Shown here one piece after another: positions 27,193 to 35,879 of a stretch of DNA of 52,030 nt (position 1 is its first letter; each line of letters begins with the position of its first letter). The position numbers and the translations under genes were made by a program. The stretch spans positions 1 through 52,030 of the IMG/VR virus record IMGVR_UViG_3300025889_000167, one strand, 5' to 3'. The notes below the pieces were generated by a model. That model did no database searches. It was given only the letters and a program-made list of their open reading frames with translations, and had not been told where the DNA came from. Source of the DNA: a virus. Its lineage: Duplodnaviria; Caudoviricetes.

Positions 27193-27558
27193 TCAAGGTA
27201 GCCCAACCAGGGCGCGGCCGATGCGATCGGCGCCGGCCACCTGCCCGAAGACCGCGGCCCCGATCAGAACCAGCCCCAGCGCCACCTTGGCCGCCCGGAT
27301 CGCCTGCTGCTGGCTGCCGAGCTGCTCCTGCGCTGCTGTCGCGAGGCCCACTGCCCACTCGAGCCGCTGACCGAACGACGACAGGCGCTGGTGGATCAGG
27401 CCGAACTCGTGATGGCTGTCCGCCACCGCTCGCGTATTGTTGTCGACTCGCTGCTCCAGCGTGTGCAGCCGCGAGATCGTCCGCTCGTCCGTCTGTTGCA
27501 GGTGTGCCGTTCGCTCTTGCAGCCTGGCCAGCTCCGCAGCGATTTGAGCCGGCTCCAT
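27193..27558 (-). CDS. Coiled-coil protein with C-terminal TM helix (holin/antiholin candidate)
   Basis: Heptad N-terminus; VALGLVLIGAAVFG. Confidence 0.5.
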   Translation of the reverse strand: MEPAQIAAELARLQERTAHLQQTDERTISRLHTLEQRVDNNTRAVADSHHEFGLIHQRLSSFGQRLEWAVGLATAAQEQLGSQQQAIRAAKVALGLVLIGAAVFGQVAGADRIGRALVGLP

Positions 27559-27688
27559 CCGACGCAGCCCCCGCCCTTAGTAGCCGTGGCAGAGGACGCA
27601 GGCGTGGCCATGCCTTGCTGCTAACCTCCCCGTCCCTGACTAGCTCGCTTATTGACATCAACAGTGACAGCCTCCGAGGTGACGGCAG

Positions 27689-27799
27689 TCACCTCCACCA
27701 CATCAGCGACCCGGTGACAGCCATGATGATCAGAACCCCAACGCCGCAGCCCATTACGGCCAGCTGAATGAGGGCGAATACCCCCAAGTGTAAAATCAT
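27689..27799 (-). CDS. 36-aa hydrophobic peptide
   Basis: MILHLGVFALIQLAVMGCGVGVLIIMAVTGSLMWWR read manually; weak RBS. Confidence 0.3.
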   Translation of the reverse strand: MILHLGVFALIQLAVMGCGVGVLIIMAVTGSLMWWR

Positions 27800-27810
27800 T
27801 GCCCAGCCCC

Positions 27811-27844
27811 AAAAGAAAAGCGGCCCGAATCACTTCGGGCCGCC
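27811..27844 (-). terminator. Intrinsic terminator
   Basis: Minus strand gcggcccgaa-gtga-ttcgggccgc then ttttctttt. Confidence 0.75.
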
Positions 27845-27891
27845 CATTTCTCGCCATCTAACAGATGTTTACAATGTGCGTTGCAACGGTG

Positions 27892-28413
27892 TCAACCGGG
27901 GTCGTAGTGCAAGTGCAGTTGCCAGCACGCCTCTTGCAGGATCACAAGGCCTGCCGCGATCGCTGGCACGCGGCTGGTGTAGGCCGTGCAGGCCCTGCCG
28001 ATCTGCGCCAAGCCTACATCATCGGTCACCGACAGCATCAGGGCCGTGCGCATGGTCGGCGAAGACAGCGCTGCCAGGGCGCGATCCATGCGCATGCGGG
28101 CATCGAAGCGCCGGGACTCCAGCAGGTCACCCCCCTCCTCTTCGATGCGCTGGCTGATCGGCGTGCCGCCACCTGCCACGTCGCCGTAGCCCGCGATGCA
28201 GCGTGGCATGCGCGAGGCGATGGCGTGATCGCGCGCGAAGCGGGCATGCGCCGTGACGCTATCGCGCGGCAGCTTGCCATCGCGCTCCAGCGTCTCGACC
28301 AGCGACAGCAGCCTATAGGCCCGCCGTGTCGTGCGTTGATCAACTTGCGGCTTCTCGTAGGCCGGTGCGCGCGCCAGCCGCTCGAGCGTCGGTGTGATCG
28401 TGTCGTCCGCCAT
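27892..28413 (-). CDS. Putative late-gene regulator (Q-like position)
   Basis: Last gene before the terminator that precedes the late region; C-terminal HTH-like region ending LHLHY. Confidence 0.45.
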   Translation of the reverse strand: MADDTITPTLERLARAPAYEKPQVDQRTTRRAYRLLSLVETLERDGKLPRDSVTAHARFARDHAIASRMPRCIAGYGDVAGGGTPISQRIEEEGGDLLESRRFDARMRMDRALAALSSPTMRTALMLSVTDDVGLAQIGRACTAYTSRVPAIAAGLVILQEACWQLHLHYDPG

Positions 28414-28924
28414 GATGTGCCCCTTTGCTCCGCTTGCGCCAAAACCGGCAGCCAATCGCGTGGCTGCGGCTGATGACTGAGCTTCTGCTGCGGCCCAACT
28501 GAGCCGCAACCATGCTTGCTGTCTCCCCCTTGAGCACCCCCTTTCTGAGAACCTCGTCTTCCGCCGGCGTCCAAGGTGGCCCTTTCCGCGCGCCTCGCAG
28601 TCCGAGCCGTGAGATGCGGTTTTCGACGGCTGACATCGATCTTCCGAGGCGGGCAGCCAGCCATGCCGCCGACCGCCTGCCGTGCTGCCGCCGCAGCAGG
28701 TCGTCCTGCTCCGCTGTCCACCAGCGGCTGCTCTCCCTGCCGTGGCCACAGCCCAGGCCGAGCTTGTGCGACCTGGCGCTGATGCCTTCCAACGTGCGAT
28801 GCAGCGTTGCCCCAATCTCATCGATGGCGCGACCAGCAGCGCGCATTTGCCGAATCACCTCGTCCTCACACGGGGTGTACTTGGCCCGATGCATGGTTGG
28901 ATCGCCTGGATGTCTCCGTCTCAT
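28340..28924 (-). CDS. Protein with three GcrA/Myb-like HTH repeats
   Basis: YTPCEDE, WTAEQDD and WTPAEDE, each followed by L[GH]R[ST]; the first two end LGL. Confidence 0.7.
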   Translation of the reverse strand: MRRRHPGDPTMHRAKYTPCEDEVIRQMRAAGRAIDEIGATLHRTLEGISARSHKLGLGCGHGRESSRWWTAEQDDLLRRQHGRRSAAWLAARLGRSMSAVENRISRLGLRGARKGPPWTPAEDEVLRKGVLKGETASMVAAQLGRSRSSVISRSHAIGCRFWRKRSKGAHHGGRHDHTDARAAGARTGLREAAS

Positions 28925-29415
28925 CGCCGCGCGCCCTTTCTCAACGTCACGCCTATGCGCTTTGCCTTTCCGCACACGGCGGACCTTGTCCGCCCCAGCT
29001 GCTTGGCAATCGCCTCCGCCGTCAGGTGCCGCGCCTGCTGGCGCAGGGTGTCCATCTCCGCAGCCGTCCATTGGTCCTGGCGCTGCCATCTGATCCGCAG
29101 TCGCTGCATGCGATGCAGGATCGCTCTGGTCGTGCGGCCAGGCAGCACCTCCCGCATCAGCCTCACTGACACCTGCTCCTCCACGCACTGCCGCAGCAGC
29201 GCGTCCTCATCCTGCGTCCACCAGCAGTGCGGTGCCCCCGGCAGCGTGCCTGTCGCGCAGCGCAGTCGTCGCCAACGCTGCTGGATGCCGCGCTCCGTGC
29301 GCCTCAGCGCGAAGGCCGCGTCCGCCCGGCTATGGCCCGCCACGATGGCATCGATCAGGTACGCATCCTCGCAATCAGTCCAGCGCTCGCCGCGCATGAT
29401 GTCATCTGTGTGCAT
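28921..29415 (-). CDS. Protein with three GcrA/Myb-like HTH repeats
   Basis: WTDCEDA, WTQDEDA, WTAAEMD...LGRTRSAVCGKAKRIG. Confidence 0.7.
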   Translation of the reverse strand: MHTDDIMRGERWTDCEDAYLIDAIVAGHSRADAAFALRRTERGIQQRWRRLRCATGTLPGAPHCWWTQDEDALLRQCVEEQVSVRLMREVLPGRTTRAILHRMQRLRIRWQRQDQWTAAEMDTLRQQARHLTAEAIAKQLGRTRSAVCGKAKRIGVTLRKGARR

Positions 29416-29416
29416 A

Positions 29417-29887
29417 TCAAAACGGCTCCCTTGGTCGGTGTAGCCACGGCAGCTGACTGCGGCGCTGGCGCTCCTCCATCGCTGGCCTGTCTGATGGCGG
29501 CAACGGCACCTGCCGGGGCACCGGCCGGTTGACCACAGACCGCACCGTCAGCTCGTGCAGCAGCTGCTGCATCCGGCGCTGCACCCGCGCCCGCTCGTCG
29601 TCGCTGACGGTAGAGACAGGCGGTGGTGGCGGGGCGGGCTCCTCGGCGCGCTGTGCCGCCCGCAGCAGCCCCTCCTCGCGGCGCAGCGCCTCGATCATTT
29701 CCGAAATGCGGGGGAACCAACGCTGCTCGCGAATGAGCCGCGTGGCAGCAGCATCCATCACCTCTGCAGGGTGGTCGCTGATCGCGCGGCGCACCTCCTC
29801 GAGGTAGGCCGCTGGATCGGTGACGCGGGGCTCGCCCAGAGCGTTGAGCAGGCGGCCGACGAAAAGCTCGTGCTCTTGCGTGCTCAT
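29417..29887 (-). CDS. Replication accessory protein (helicase-loader position)
   Basis: WFPRISE motif; follows the initiator gene. Confidence 0.5.
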   Translation of the reverse strand: MSTQEHELFVGRLLNALGEPRVTDPAAYLEEVRRAISDHPAEVMDAAATRLIREQRWFPRISEMIEALRREEGLLRAAQRAEEPAPPPPPVSTVSDDERARVQRRMQQLLHELTVRSVVNRPVPRQVPLPPSDRPAMEERQRRSQLPWLHRPREPF

Positions 29888-30846
29888 CCCAGCCCTCCAC
29901 CGTTCGCGGCGGCCAGTGCCGGTTGCTGCGATTTCCAGACCTCGTAAACCGACAACGGCCGCGGTTCTCCGCTACCGCCTCCGGCGGGTTTCCGACCGAC
30001 GTCCTTCGACGCGAGCGTCGCGGCCGTCTTCGACCACCAAGGGAGAACCCGGACCACCGGGCGTCCTTCTGCTCGATGGTTCTGGAGCATCATCCACGCT
30101 TGTTGCACCGCCTCTTGGCCGTTGGTGACCAGCAGGCCCGACAACCACGTCTCGGCATGACTTCGATCGCAGCCCGGCATCGCCTTCAAAACGTCGGCAA
30201 CCATCCGCTCCGCAGCTTCGTCTGGAACCCCGCTTTCGCGCGCAACCAAAAGAGAGTCCGTCTGTCTGTCGGACTCTCTTTCTTGACTCTTGGCTTTTGG
30301 TTGGTTTTTTGGCCCATTGAAATCGTTGTGTTTTTCGGAACATACCCCCCCTAGAACATGGGGGGTTTCTATGGGGGTGTCCTGGGGGGTGTTGTTCAAG
30401 ACCCCCCCAGATACCCCCCCAGATACCCCTATGGTATCCTCCCGGGTGTTCCATCCCGGTGCCGGTGCAGCTTGCCGCGCGGGTGCCTCTTCAAAGCCGG
30501 CTTCGAACTCTCGGTGGGCGGCTTCGAGGAACCGCTCCTGGGCACGCCTGGAGATCCATCCGCCCGGGGTTCGGATGACGTGTCCAAGCCGCTCGAGCTG
30601 TCGTATGAGCTTACGGTACGCATTCGTGTGCATCCCAAGCTGCTTGGCCGCCATGCTGTCGTCAGCGGGCACCATGCGGCCGGTTTCAAAAAGGTAGGCG
30701 CAGACGCGAATGAGCATGCCTTCCTGCTCGACAGACAGTCCGATGGCGTCAGAGCGCCAATCTGAGGGGTAGAACCGGACGTATCTCATGCCGCCTGCCT
30801 TGACGCTGGGTCGTGTTTCGGATAGGTCTTCCATTGGTTGCTCCAC
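29884..30846 (-). CDS. Replication initiator, DUF1376/YdaU-like
   Basis: YVRFYPSDW...LSVEQEG N-terminus; internal iteron-like repeats. Confidence 0.75.
   Translation of the reverse strand: MEQPMEDLSETRPSVKAGGMRYVRFYPSDWRSDAIGLSVEQEGMLIRVCAYLFETGRMVPADDSMAAKQLGMHTNAYRKLIRQLERLGHVIRTPGGWISRRAQERFLEAAHREFEAGFEEAPARQAAPAPGWNTREDTIGVSGGVSGGVLNNTPQDTPIETPHVLGGVCSEKHNDFNGPKNQPKAKSQERESDRQTDSLLVARESGVPDEAAERMVADVLKAMPGCDRSHAETWLSGLLVTNGQEAVQQAWMMLQNHRAEGRPVVRVLPWWSKTAATLASKDVGRKPAGGGSGEPRPLSVYEVWKSQQPALAAANGGGLG
30341..30450. repeat. Putative replication-origin iterons
   Basis: Clustered ataccccc / cccccagata direct repeats and inverted gggggt runs, next to a T-rich tract at about 30275-30335. Confidence 0.6.
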
Positions 30847-30876
30847 GTTGGATTTGATGCTTGGCAGATCGTTTGG

Positions 30877-31254
30877 TCAGGCACCTCCTTTCTTCGTTCG
30901 GGTGGCTTCCTTGGTCGGGAATGAATTTGGGCCGGGCGGTGTTCGCACCTCCCGGCCCATTGTCGTTACGGACCACAGCACGAGCTGCTGCATCTCCGAA
31001 TCCCAGATCAGGCAGATTTGATTGAGCGGGCGCACCGGCCTGATGATCTCGATCGCCCGCGAGCGAAACGGCAGCCGCCGGATCACGCCGCGCTGCTGCA
31101 TGCAATTGAGCATCTTATGGATTGTTGATCGCCCCGTGACAGCCCGCTTGCCCAGCGCCGTAGCCATCTCGTCGTAGGTGGGCGACACGCCGCCTGTGTC
31201 GCGCTGATAGGCAGCGATGTAGTCGAGCAGCCGCCGCTGTTGCGTTGTCAGCAT
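30877..31254 (-). CDS. Stand-alone LexA-type DNA-binding domain protein
   Basis: MLTTQQRRLLDYI...SPTYDEMATALG...RAIEII; no peptidase domain. Confidence 0.75.
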   Translation of the reverse strand: MLTTQQRRLLDYIAAYQRDTGGVSPTYDEMATALGKRAVTGRSTIHKMLNCMQQRGVIRRLPFRSRAIEIIRPVRPLNQICLIWDSEMQQLVLWSVTTMGREVRTPPGPNSFPTKEATRTKKGGA

Positions 31255-31255
31255 G

Positions 31256-32449
31256 TCACGCCACCCTGCCCATCGGCTCGACCAGCACAAAGCCAGACCA
31301 CCACTCGACATCGGATGTGCGCGTCACATGCTGCACACGCTCGGCTGACGACCTTTTGAACTCGGCGTAGGCCAGCGGCAGGACATTGACGTCCTTGCGC
31401 CCGCAATAGTGCCTGTAGGCCGAATAGACCGCCGTCGCCGCCGTCTTGGCCCCAGGCACGGCACGGGTGCACTCTGGCCAAAAGGCGTCAAAGGCAGCAC
31501 GCTGCAGGTCCACGTCCTCCTGGGGCAGCGCATAGTCCACACCGCCCGCCATCTCGTCCGCCGGCTCCTCGGCGGCACTCAGCGGGATGACGCTGCTGGG
31601 GGCCGCCAACAGCCGCGGCGGTGGCTGCTCGAAGTGCACGTCGCGAATGATGACGTGTATGCCAAATAGCTCGAGTGCTTGCTTGCCCCAGTACAGTGCG
31701 CCAACCTCGAGGATCAGCGGCGTCGACAGCAATATGACGATCAAGATCTGGTCGCGGCTGAGCCCTGTGAGGCTCCCCAAAAACGCCGTGTGCGGGTCCT
31801 CGCTGCTCACGTGCCGCTTGCCTTCGGACAGCCGCGCATCGATGAGCCTAATCTCTGCCAGCAGCTTGTCAGCCTGCCGCGCGTTGGCCAGCTCAGCTTT
31901 GAGCTGGCCAACCTCGCCGCAGAAATTGCGCCGCTGCCGATTGGATACACTGTCCGTGCACTCGTTGGTGCGACCCCAGAAGAAGTGCAGCTTGGTTGCA
32001 TCCAGTAGCGGCTCGACGGCCGAGGCGGGGCGGTGGGCTGGGATGCCGTCGTATTGCGCCTGCAAGGCGGCGCGCTGCTGCCTTAGCCGGCCCGTCTCAT
32101 CGATCACGGCCGCCCGCTCATCGGCCTCGTGTGCACGCGAGAACGCGGTGGCGCCAGTGCCGCCCAGGACGTTGTAGCCGACAAAAATCAAATAGATCAG
32201 CAGCAGGGGGATCAGGCTCAGCGTGCCTCGCAGCCAGCTGTGGCCATGCATGCGCCTCTTGGCCTGGATCACGTGTAAATGAGGCCATAACGCCCAGGGC
32301 ACCGCGCCGGCCACGATGGCAAACACCCATTTGGACCACTCGGTATGGCCCCATTTATAGCCGTAGGCCCCTAGAATCAGGGAGTTGGCCACCAGGAATA
32401 TGCAGGCGATGACTGCATACATTCCGCCAACGAAGTATGAGAACCGCAT
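31256..32449 (-). CDS. Multi-pass membrane protein with coiled coil and C-terminal winged-helix-like domain
   Basis: Three N-terminal TM helices, a fourth TM, and VYSAYRHYC...AEF motif. Confidence 0.6.
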   Translation of the reverse strand: MRFSYFVGGMYAVIACIFLVANSLILGAYGYKWGHTEWSKWVFAIVAGAVPWALWPHLHVIQAKRRMHGHSWLRGTLSLIPLLLIYLIFVGYNVLGGTGATAFSRAHEADERAAVIDETGRLRQQRAALQAQYDGIPAHRPASAVEPLLDATKLHFFWGRTNECTDSVSNRQRRNFCGEVGQLKAELANARQADKLLAEIRLIDARLSEGKRHVSSEDPHTAFLGSLTGLSRDQILIVILLSTPLILEVGALYWGKQALELFGIHVIIRDVHFEQPPPRLLAAPSSVIPLSAAEEPADEMAGGVDYALPQEDVDLQRAAFDAFWPECTRAVPGAKTAATAVYSAYRHYCGRKDVNVLPLAYAEFKRSSAERVQHVTRTSDVEWWSGFVLVEPMGRVA

Positions 32450-32475
32450 CGGTGCCCCCTGATGCCAATAGCCGG

Positions 32476-32841
32476 TTACCCGCCGGCCGGTGTGATCGTG
32501 ATCCGTGCACCCGGCTCGCTGCCCGCCGCGGCCCAGCCAATCGTGACCGTGCGCACGCAGTCGTCCGCGTCGTCATCGATGACGCGGTGCGCGACGAGAA
32601 GATCGAGCAGTGCCTTGCAATGATTGTCCGCGTCGCGCCGGCGCTTGTCCGGTGGCGTCAAGGCAATGGCGATGTCGACGCGGTGCCGCAGCCGGGGCGG
32701 CCGCTGCGCCTCAAGCTCCCAACCAGCCAGCCCACGCCAGCGCTTGTACTGCGGGCTGGGGTAGCGCCGCGCCTTGCCACAGAACAGCCCGTTGACGGAC
32801 GGAGGCCAAGGCAGCTGCAGCGTGACGAGATCATTGCCCAT
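32476..32841 (-). CDS. rusA: RusA-family Holliday junction resolvase
   Basis: LPWPPSVN; RRRDADNHCKALLD...IDDD. Confidence 0.85.
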   Translation of the reverse strand: MGNDLVTLQLPWPPSVNGLFCGKARRYPSPQYKRWRGLAGWELEAQRPPRLRHRVDIAIALTPPDKRRRDADNHCKALLDLLVAHRVIDDDADDCVRTVTIGWAAAGSEPGARITITPAGG

Positions 32842-33919
32842 CGGCCACCCCCAGCATATCGAACAACGAACTCTGTCGCTGTTCGGGTTTGAGACAGTGC
32901 GGAGAGAACCAAAGCCGTTCGCGCGCGGCGTTTCGCCTACCAAAGCCGTCTTCGTCGTCGCATTGGTTGCCAAAACCACCTTGCGCCTTCCACGCAACGC
33001 TCACCCACTCTGCGGGCAACTCGTGCTCGCCCTCATAACCAGCAAGACAAATCCTCATAAGCGGGTTGCGGCCCTGCTCGATAGCCCAAGCGCGCACGTC
33101 ATGCGCTACTGATAGGCAATCGGCGCTGTAGAGATTATCAGTTCGGGTGGCTGTGTCAGCGTAAGGCGGATCTAGGAAGACTGCGGTAAGCATGGCATTG
33201 CGTCGCGTCATTGATTGCGTCACTGACGGCCCGCACACGCGCGACCAGTCTCCAGCACACACGCGCACGTCCCGAAGCCGGTCAGCCAGCGCGGTTAGCC
33301 AATCGCAGACAAATTGGCCCCGGCCGGCGTTGCCCAAATGCGGGAGCTGCCGGTTGATGCCCTGGCCGGCGTCGCCCAAATGCGGGAGCTGCCGGTTGAT
33401 GCCCCGGCCGGCGTTGCCCAAATGCGGGAGCTGCCGGTTGATGCCCCGGCCGGCGTTGCCCCCGGCCTCGCCTGCCTTGACCCAGCCGGAAGCGCCCCAC
33501 TGCCACGGGCCACGCCCTGAGCACCAACCAGACCCAATCCATGCGCAAGCACCCCAGACCCACCAGCCAGCCACTTGCGCGTCATAAACGTCAGGGTCGC
33601 CTTCAATTGCCGCGATGCGCGCGGCGCCTTCCGTCACCAGCCAATAGTGCCGCGCGTGCAAGTCGGCTTCGTTGACGGGCCAATCGGCCCAATGCGCCAC
33701 CGCGTCGGGGTCGTGCTTTACCGCCCGCCAGAAGTTTGCGACGAAGTGATCCTTGTCGTTAATAGTCTCCGTTTTCGGTGCGTGAGGCCGAGCCAAAAGA
33801 ACGGCGCCCGAACCAAAGAAAGGCTCGACGTAGTTTGGCACGTCCCCGAACCGCTGCCAGATGATCTCGGCAACGGTCGATTTTCCGCCAAAATAGGGGA
33901 AGGGCGCGCGCAGGCTCAT
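32831..33919 (-). CDS. DNA adenine methyltransferase (Dam/D12 class)
   Basis: PFPYFGGKS, YVEPFFGSGAV, IND, FLDPPY. Confidence 0.9.
   Translation of the reverse strand: MSLRAPFPYFGGKSTVAEIIWQRFGDVPNYVEPFFGSGAVLLARPHAPKTETINDKDHFVANFWRAVKHDPDAVAHWADWPVNEADLHARHYWLVTEGAARIAAIEGDPDVYDAQVAGWWVWGACAWIGSGWCSGRGPWQWGASGWVKAGEAGGNAGRGINRQLPHLGNAGRGINRQLPHLGDAGQGINRQLPHLGNAGRGQFVCDWLTALADRLRDVRVCAGDWSRVCGPSVTQSMTRRNAMLTAVFLDPPYADTATRTDNLYSADCLSVAHDVRAWAIEQGRNPLMRICLAGYEGEHELPAEWVSVAWKAQGGFGNQCDDEDGFGRRNAARERLWFSPHCLKPEQRQSSLFDMLGVADGQ
33317..33461. repeat. 42-bp tandem repeat, about 3.5 copies, inside the MTase
   Basis: Units at 33317, 33359 and 33401 plus a partial at 33443; encodes GNAGRGINRQLPHL. 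Confidence 0.95.
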
Positions 33920-34218
33920 CCGGCGTCCTCGCTAACACTCAGACACCACACAGCAGCCATGCGTCCGCTGCGCGTATGCAGGCGCCGGCCGCTGTCTGCG
34001 ATCAGGCCGGCGTTGCGAAGGTCGGAGACACGGCGGACCACCTGCAGGTATTCCAGGCCTGTGGCAGCAGCGATTTGCTGACTGCTCATGGCCGCGCCCT
34101 TGATGGCTGCCAAGACGATCGCCGCGTGCTTGCCCGACATGCCCTCAGCCGCCGTTGCTGCGGCGTGCGAGGTGTCAATATCGTCGGCGCGGGCGTGGGT
34201 GCGTGCAAATTCGTTCAT
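33916..34218 (-). CDS. Winged-HTH protein
   Basis: ARADDIDTSHAAA; RRVSDLRNAGLI; SGRMAAVW. Confidence 0.7.
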   Translation of the reverse strand: MNEFARTHARADDIDTSHAAATAAEGMSGKHAAIVLAAIKGAAMSSQQIAAATGLEYLQVVRRVSDLRNAGLIADSGRRLHTRSGRMAAVWCLSVSEDAG

Positions 34219-34721
34219 GCCACGCCCTCCCGCACGAGCACGCGTTTGTGCTCGGCGCACCAGACCGGCTCGCCGGGCCGGCCGCAGCCGGGGCATGTGA
34301 CGCCGCTCGCATAATGCCGGTGCTCCTCGGCAGCATACCGAGCCATCTGTGTCCGCTGGCGCTCGGCCTGGTCGACAGCATGAGCCGCCGCCTTCGCCGC
34401 AACCTGTGCAGGCGAGGCGAAGCCGAGATACCGCTGCGGTGTCCTACGCTTCGCCGTGGTCTGCCTAGCCGGCGACAGGCCAAGCCTCTGGGCGCGCGTC
34501 AGCACAGCGCCCGGGCCGGCCTCGCGCTTGATCTGCTGCGGCGAGGGCGCCGGGCGCCGGGGCTTGCCCGGCCTCTTGTTCGCTACGCCCAGCCGCTGCG
34601 CCCGCACCCGCACCTTCGTCGGGTCGCGCCACCCCAGCTCGGCCGCGATCTGCGGCGCGGTCATGCGGCCATAATTCTGCACGATAAATTCGTCAGTTAG
34701 AGCATTCGCATGCTGCGCCAT
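34215..34721 (-). CDS. GcrA-like regulator in cII position
   Basis: N-terminal TAPQIAAELG...AQRLG; C-terminal CPGCG...WCAEH resembling the GcrA C-terminus. Confidence 0.5.
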   Translation of the reverse strand: MAQHANALTDEFIVQNYGRMTAPQIAAELGWRDPTKVRVRAQRLGVANKRPGKPRRPAPSPQQIKREAGPGAVLTRAQRLGLSPARQTTAKRRTPQRYLGFASPAQVAAKAAAHAVDQAERQRTQMARYAAEEHRHYASGVTCPGCGRPGEPVWCAEHKRVLVREGVA

Positions 34722-34722
34722 G

Positions 34723-34977
34723 TCATATCTCCGTCGTGAGGCCAAGCAGTTCGGGGAGGTCCGGCCGGATTGCTAGCGGAGGCAGGCCGGTTGCAGCCGC
34801 GACAGCACGCACGCGATCAATGGGGACATACCCCCGCCGTCGCCACTTGGAGATCTGCTGCGGGCGTAGCCCCAACGCCGCTGCGAGGCGGGACGGACGA
34901 GGGCGATCCGGACGGCTGGCCGCCGCAATGGCCAGTTCGAGCCCCTCTCGCGGAGTGTGTGGTGCTGCTGTGCTCAT
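34723..34977 (-). CDS. cro: Cro/YdaS-like repressor
   Basis: LAAALGLRPQQISKW...IRPDL; divergent from cI. Confidence 0.8.
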   Translation of the reverse strand: MSTAAPHTPREGLELAIAAASRPDRPRPSRLAAALGLRPQQISKWRRRGYVPIDRVRAVAAATGLPPLAIRPDLPELLGLTTEI

Positions 34978-34983
34978 ACACGT

Positions 34984-35012
34984 ACTGTACCCGCAGGGCA
35001 CACCCTCTGCAA
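34984..35012 (-). promoter_or_regulatory. cro promoter overlapping operator 34986-35002
   Basis: TTGCAG-17bp-TACAGT ending 6 nt before the ATG; contains TGTACC-N5-GGCACA. Confidence 0.6.
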
Positions 35013-35059
35013 GCCCTAGCGCAATGGCGGCCCCGACAAATGTGGGCTACAGCACTGCG

Positions 35060-35704
35060 ATGTCGACGCTAGGTGATCGCATCAAGGAGGCGCGTGTGCG
35101 CTGTGGCCTGTCTCAGTCCGAGCTAGCCCGGCGAATTGGCGTGCGATCTCAAACTATTAATCAGTGGGAGCACAACAAGAAGAAGCCGAGCCGGGACAAC
35201 GTCGTGCGCCTGGTGCAGGTCACACAGTCGTCATTGTCGTGGCTGCTGTACGGAAAACCCTCGCCAGAACAGAAAGAGAACGCTAGCCTTGCCTCCATTG
35301 GTACAAGGGGGCGGCACGTGGCACTGGTGAGTATTGACCGAGCGGCGCGGCTCGAGGAACCAGACAAGTCTGACCAAATAATACTGGCGAATTTTCCCTG
35401 CGGCCCGCGGGCGCTTGCGTTTGCGCTGCCAAATGATAGCAATGCGCCCGACCACCCAGAAGGAGCGCACTGGATCATTGATCCGGATGAAACCCCGCGG
35501 CCGGGCGACATGGTGCTGGCGCTCCATGGTGACGCGGCCGAGGCAACTCCCGTCTATGGCGAGTACCGCATGGAGAGCACAGCCACGGGTGTGGTCGCCG
35601 TTGTCGCACCGCTCAATCCCCGTTGGCCGAACGCACGATCCGATATTGGACGGCTGCAAGTCGTTGGCGTTATGACAGAATCCACGCGACCCCGCCGCCG
35701 CTGA
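35060..35704 (+). CDS. cI: CI-like repressor (XRE HTH plus degenerate S24 domain)
   Basis: LGDRIKEAR..LSQSELARRIGV..TINQWE; NDSNAP, IIDPD, PLNPRWP, VVGV. Confidence 0.85.
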   Translation: MSTLGDRIKEARVRCGLSQSELARRIGVRSQTINQWEHNKKKPSRDNVVRLVQVTQSSLSWLLYGKPSPEQKENASLASIGTRGRHVALVSIDRAARLEEPDKSDQIILANFPCGPRALAFALPNDSNAPDHPEGAHWIIDPDETPRPGDMVLALHGDAAEATPVYGEYRMESTATGVVAVVAPLNPRWPNARSDIGRLQVVGVMTESTRPRRR

Positions 35705-35712
35705 CAATTTTC

Positions 35713-35729
35713 TGTACCTCAAAGGCACA
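35713..35729. promoter_or_regulatory. Second operator copy upstream of the early operon
   Basis: TGTACC-tcaaa-GGCACA, same arms as 34986-35002. Confidence 0.65.
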
Positions 35730-35879
35730 TTTTCTCTTGCGCACGCCTGAAGCGTGAGGTTACAGTTCGTTTGTCGCCGGGCACGACCCCGCTCCTGGCG
35801 ACGCAGCCGGGCGGCCCCGATCCCACTCCCGTTCACCAGCCGCCCGGCCCTCCCCTCCCGACCAGGATGGAGCGCAAAC

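Noticed and set aside
33317-33461. CRISPR or DGR repeat
   Set aside because: Contiguous in-frame coding repeats without spacers; no reverse transcriptase seen in the window
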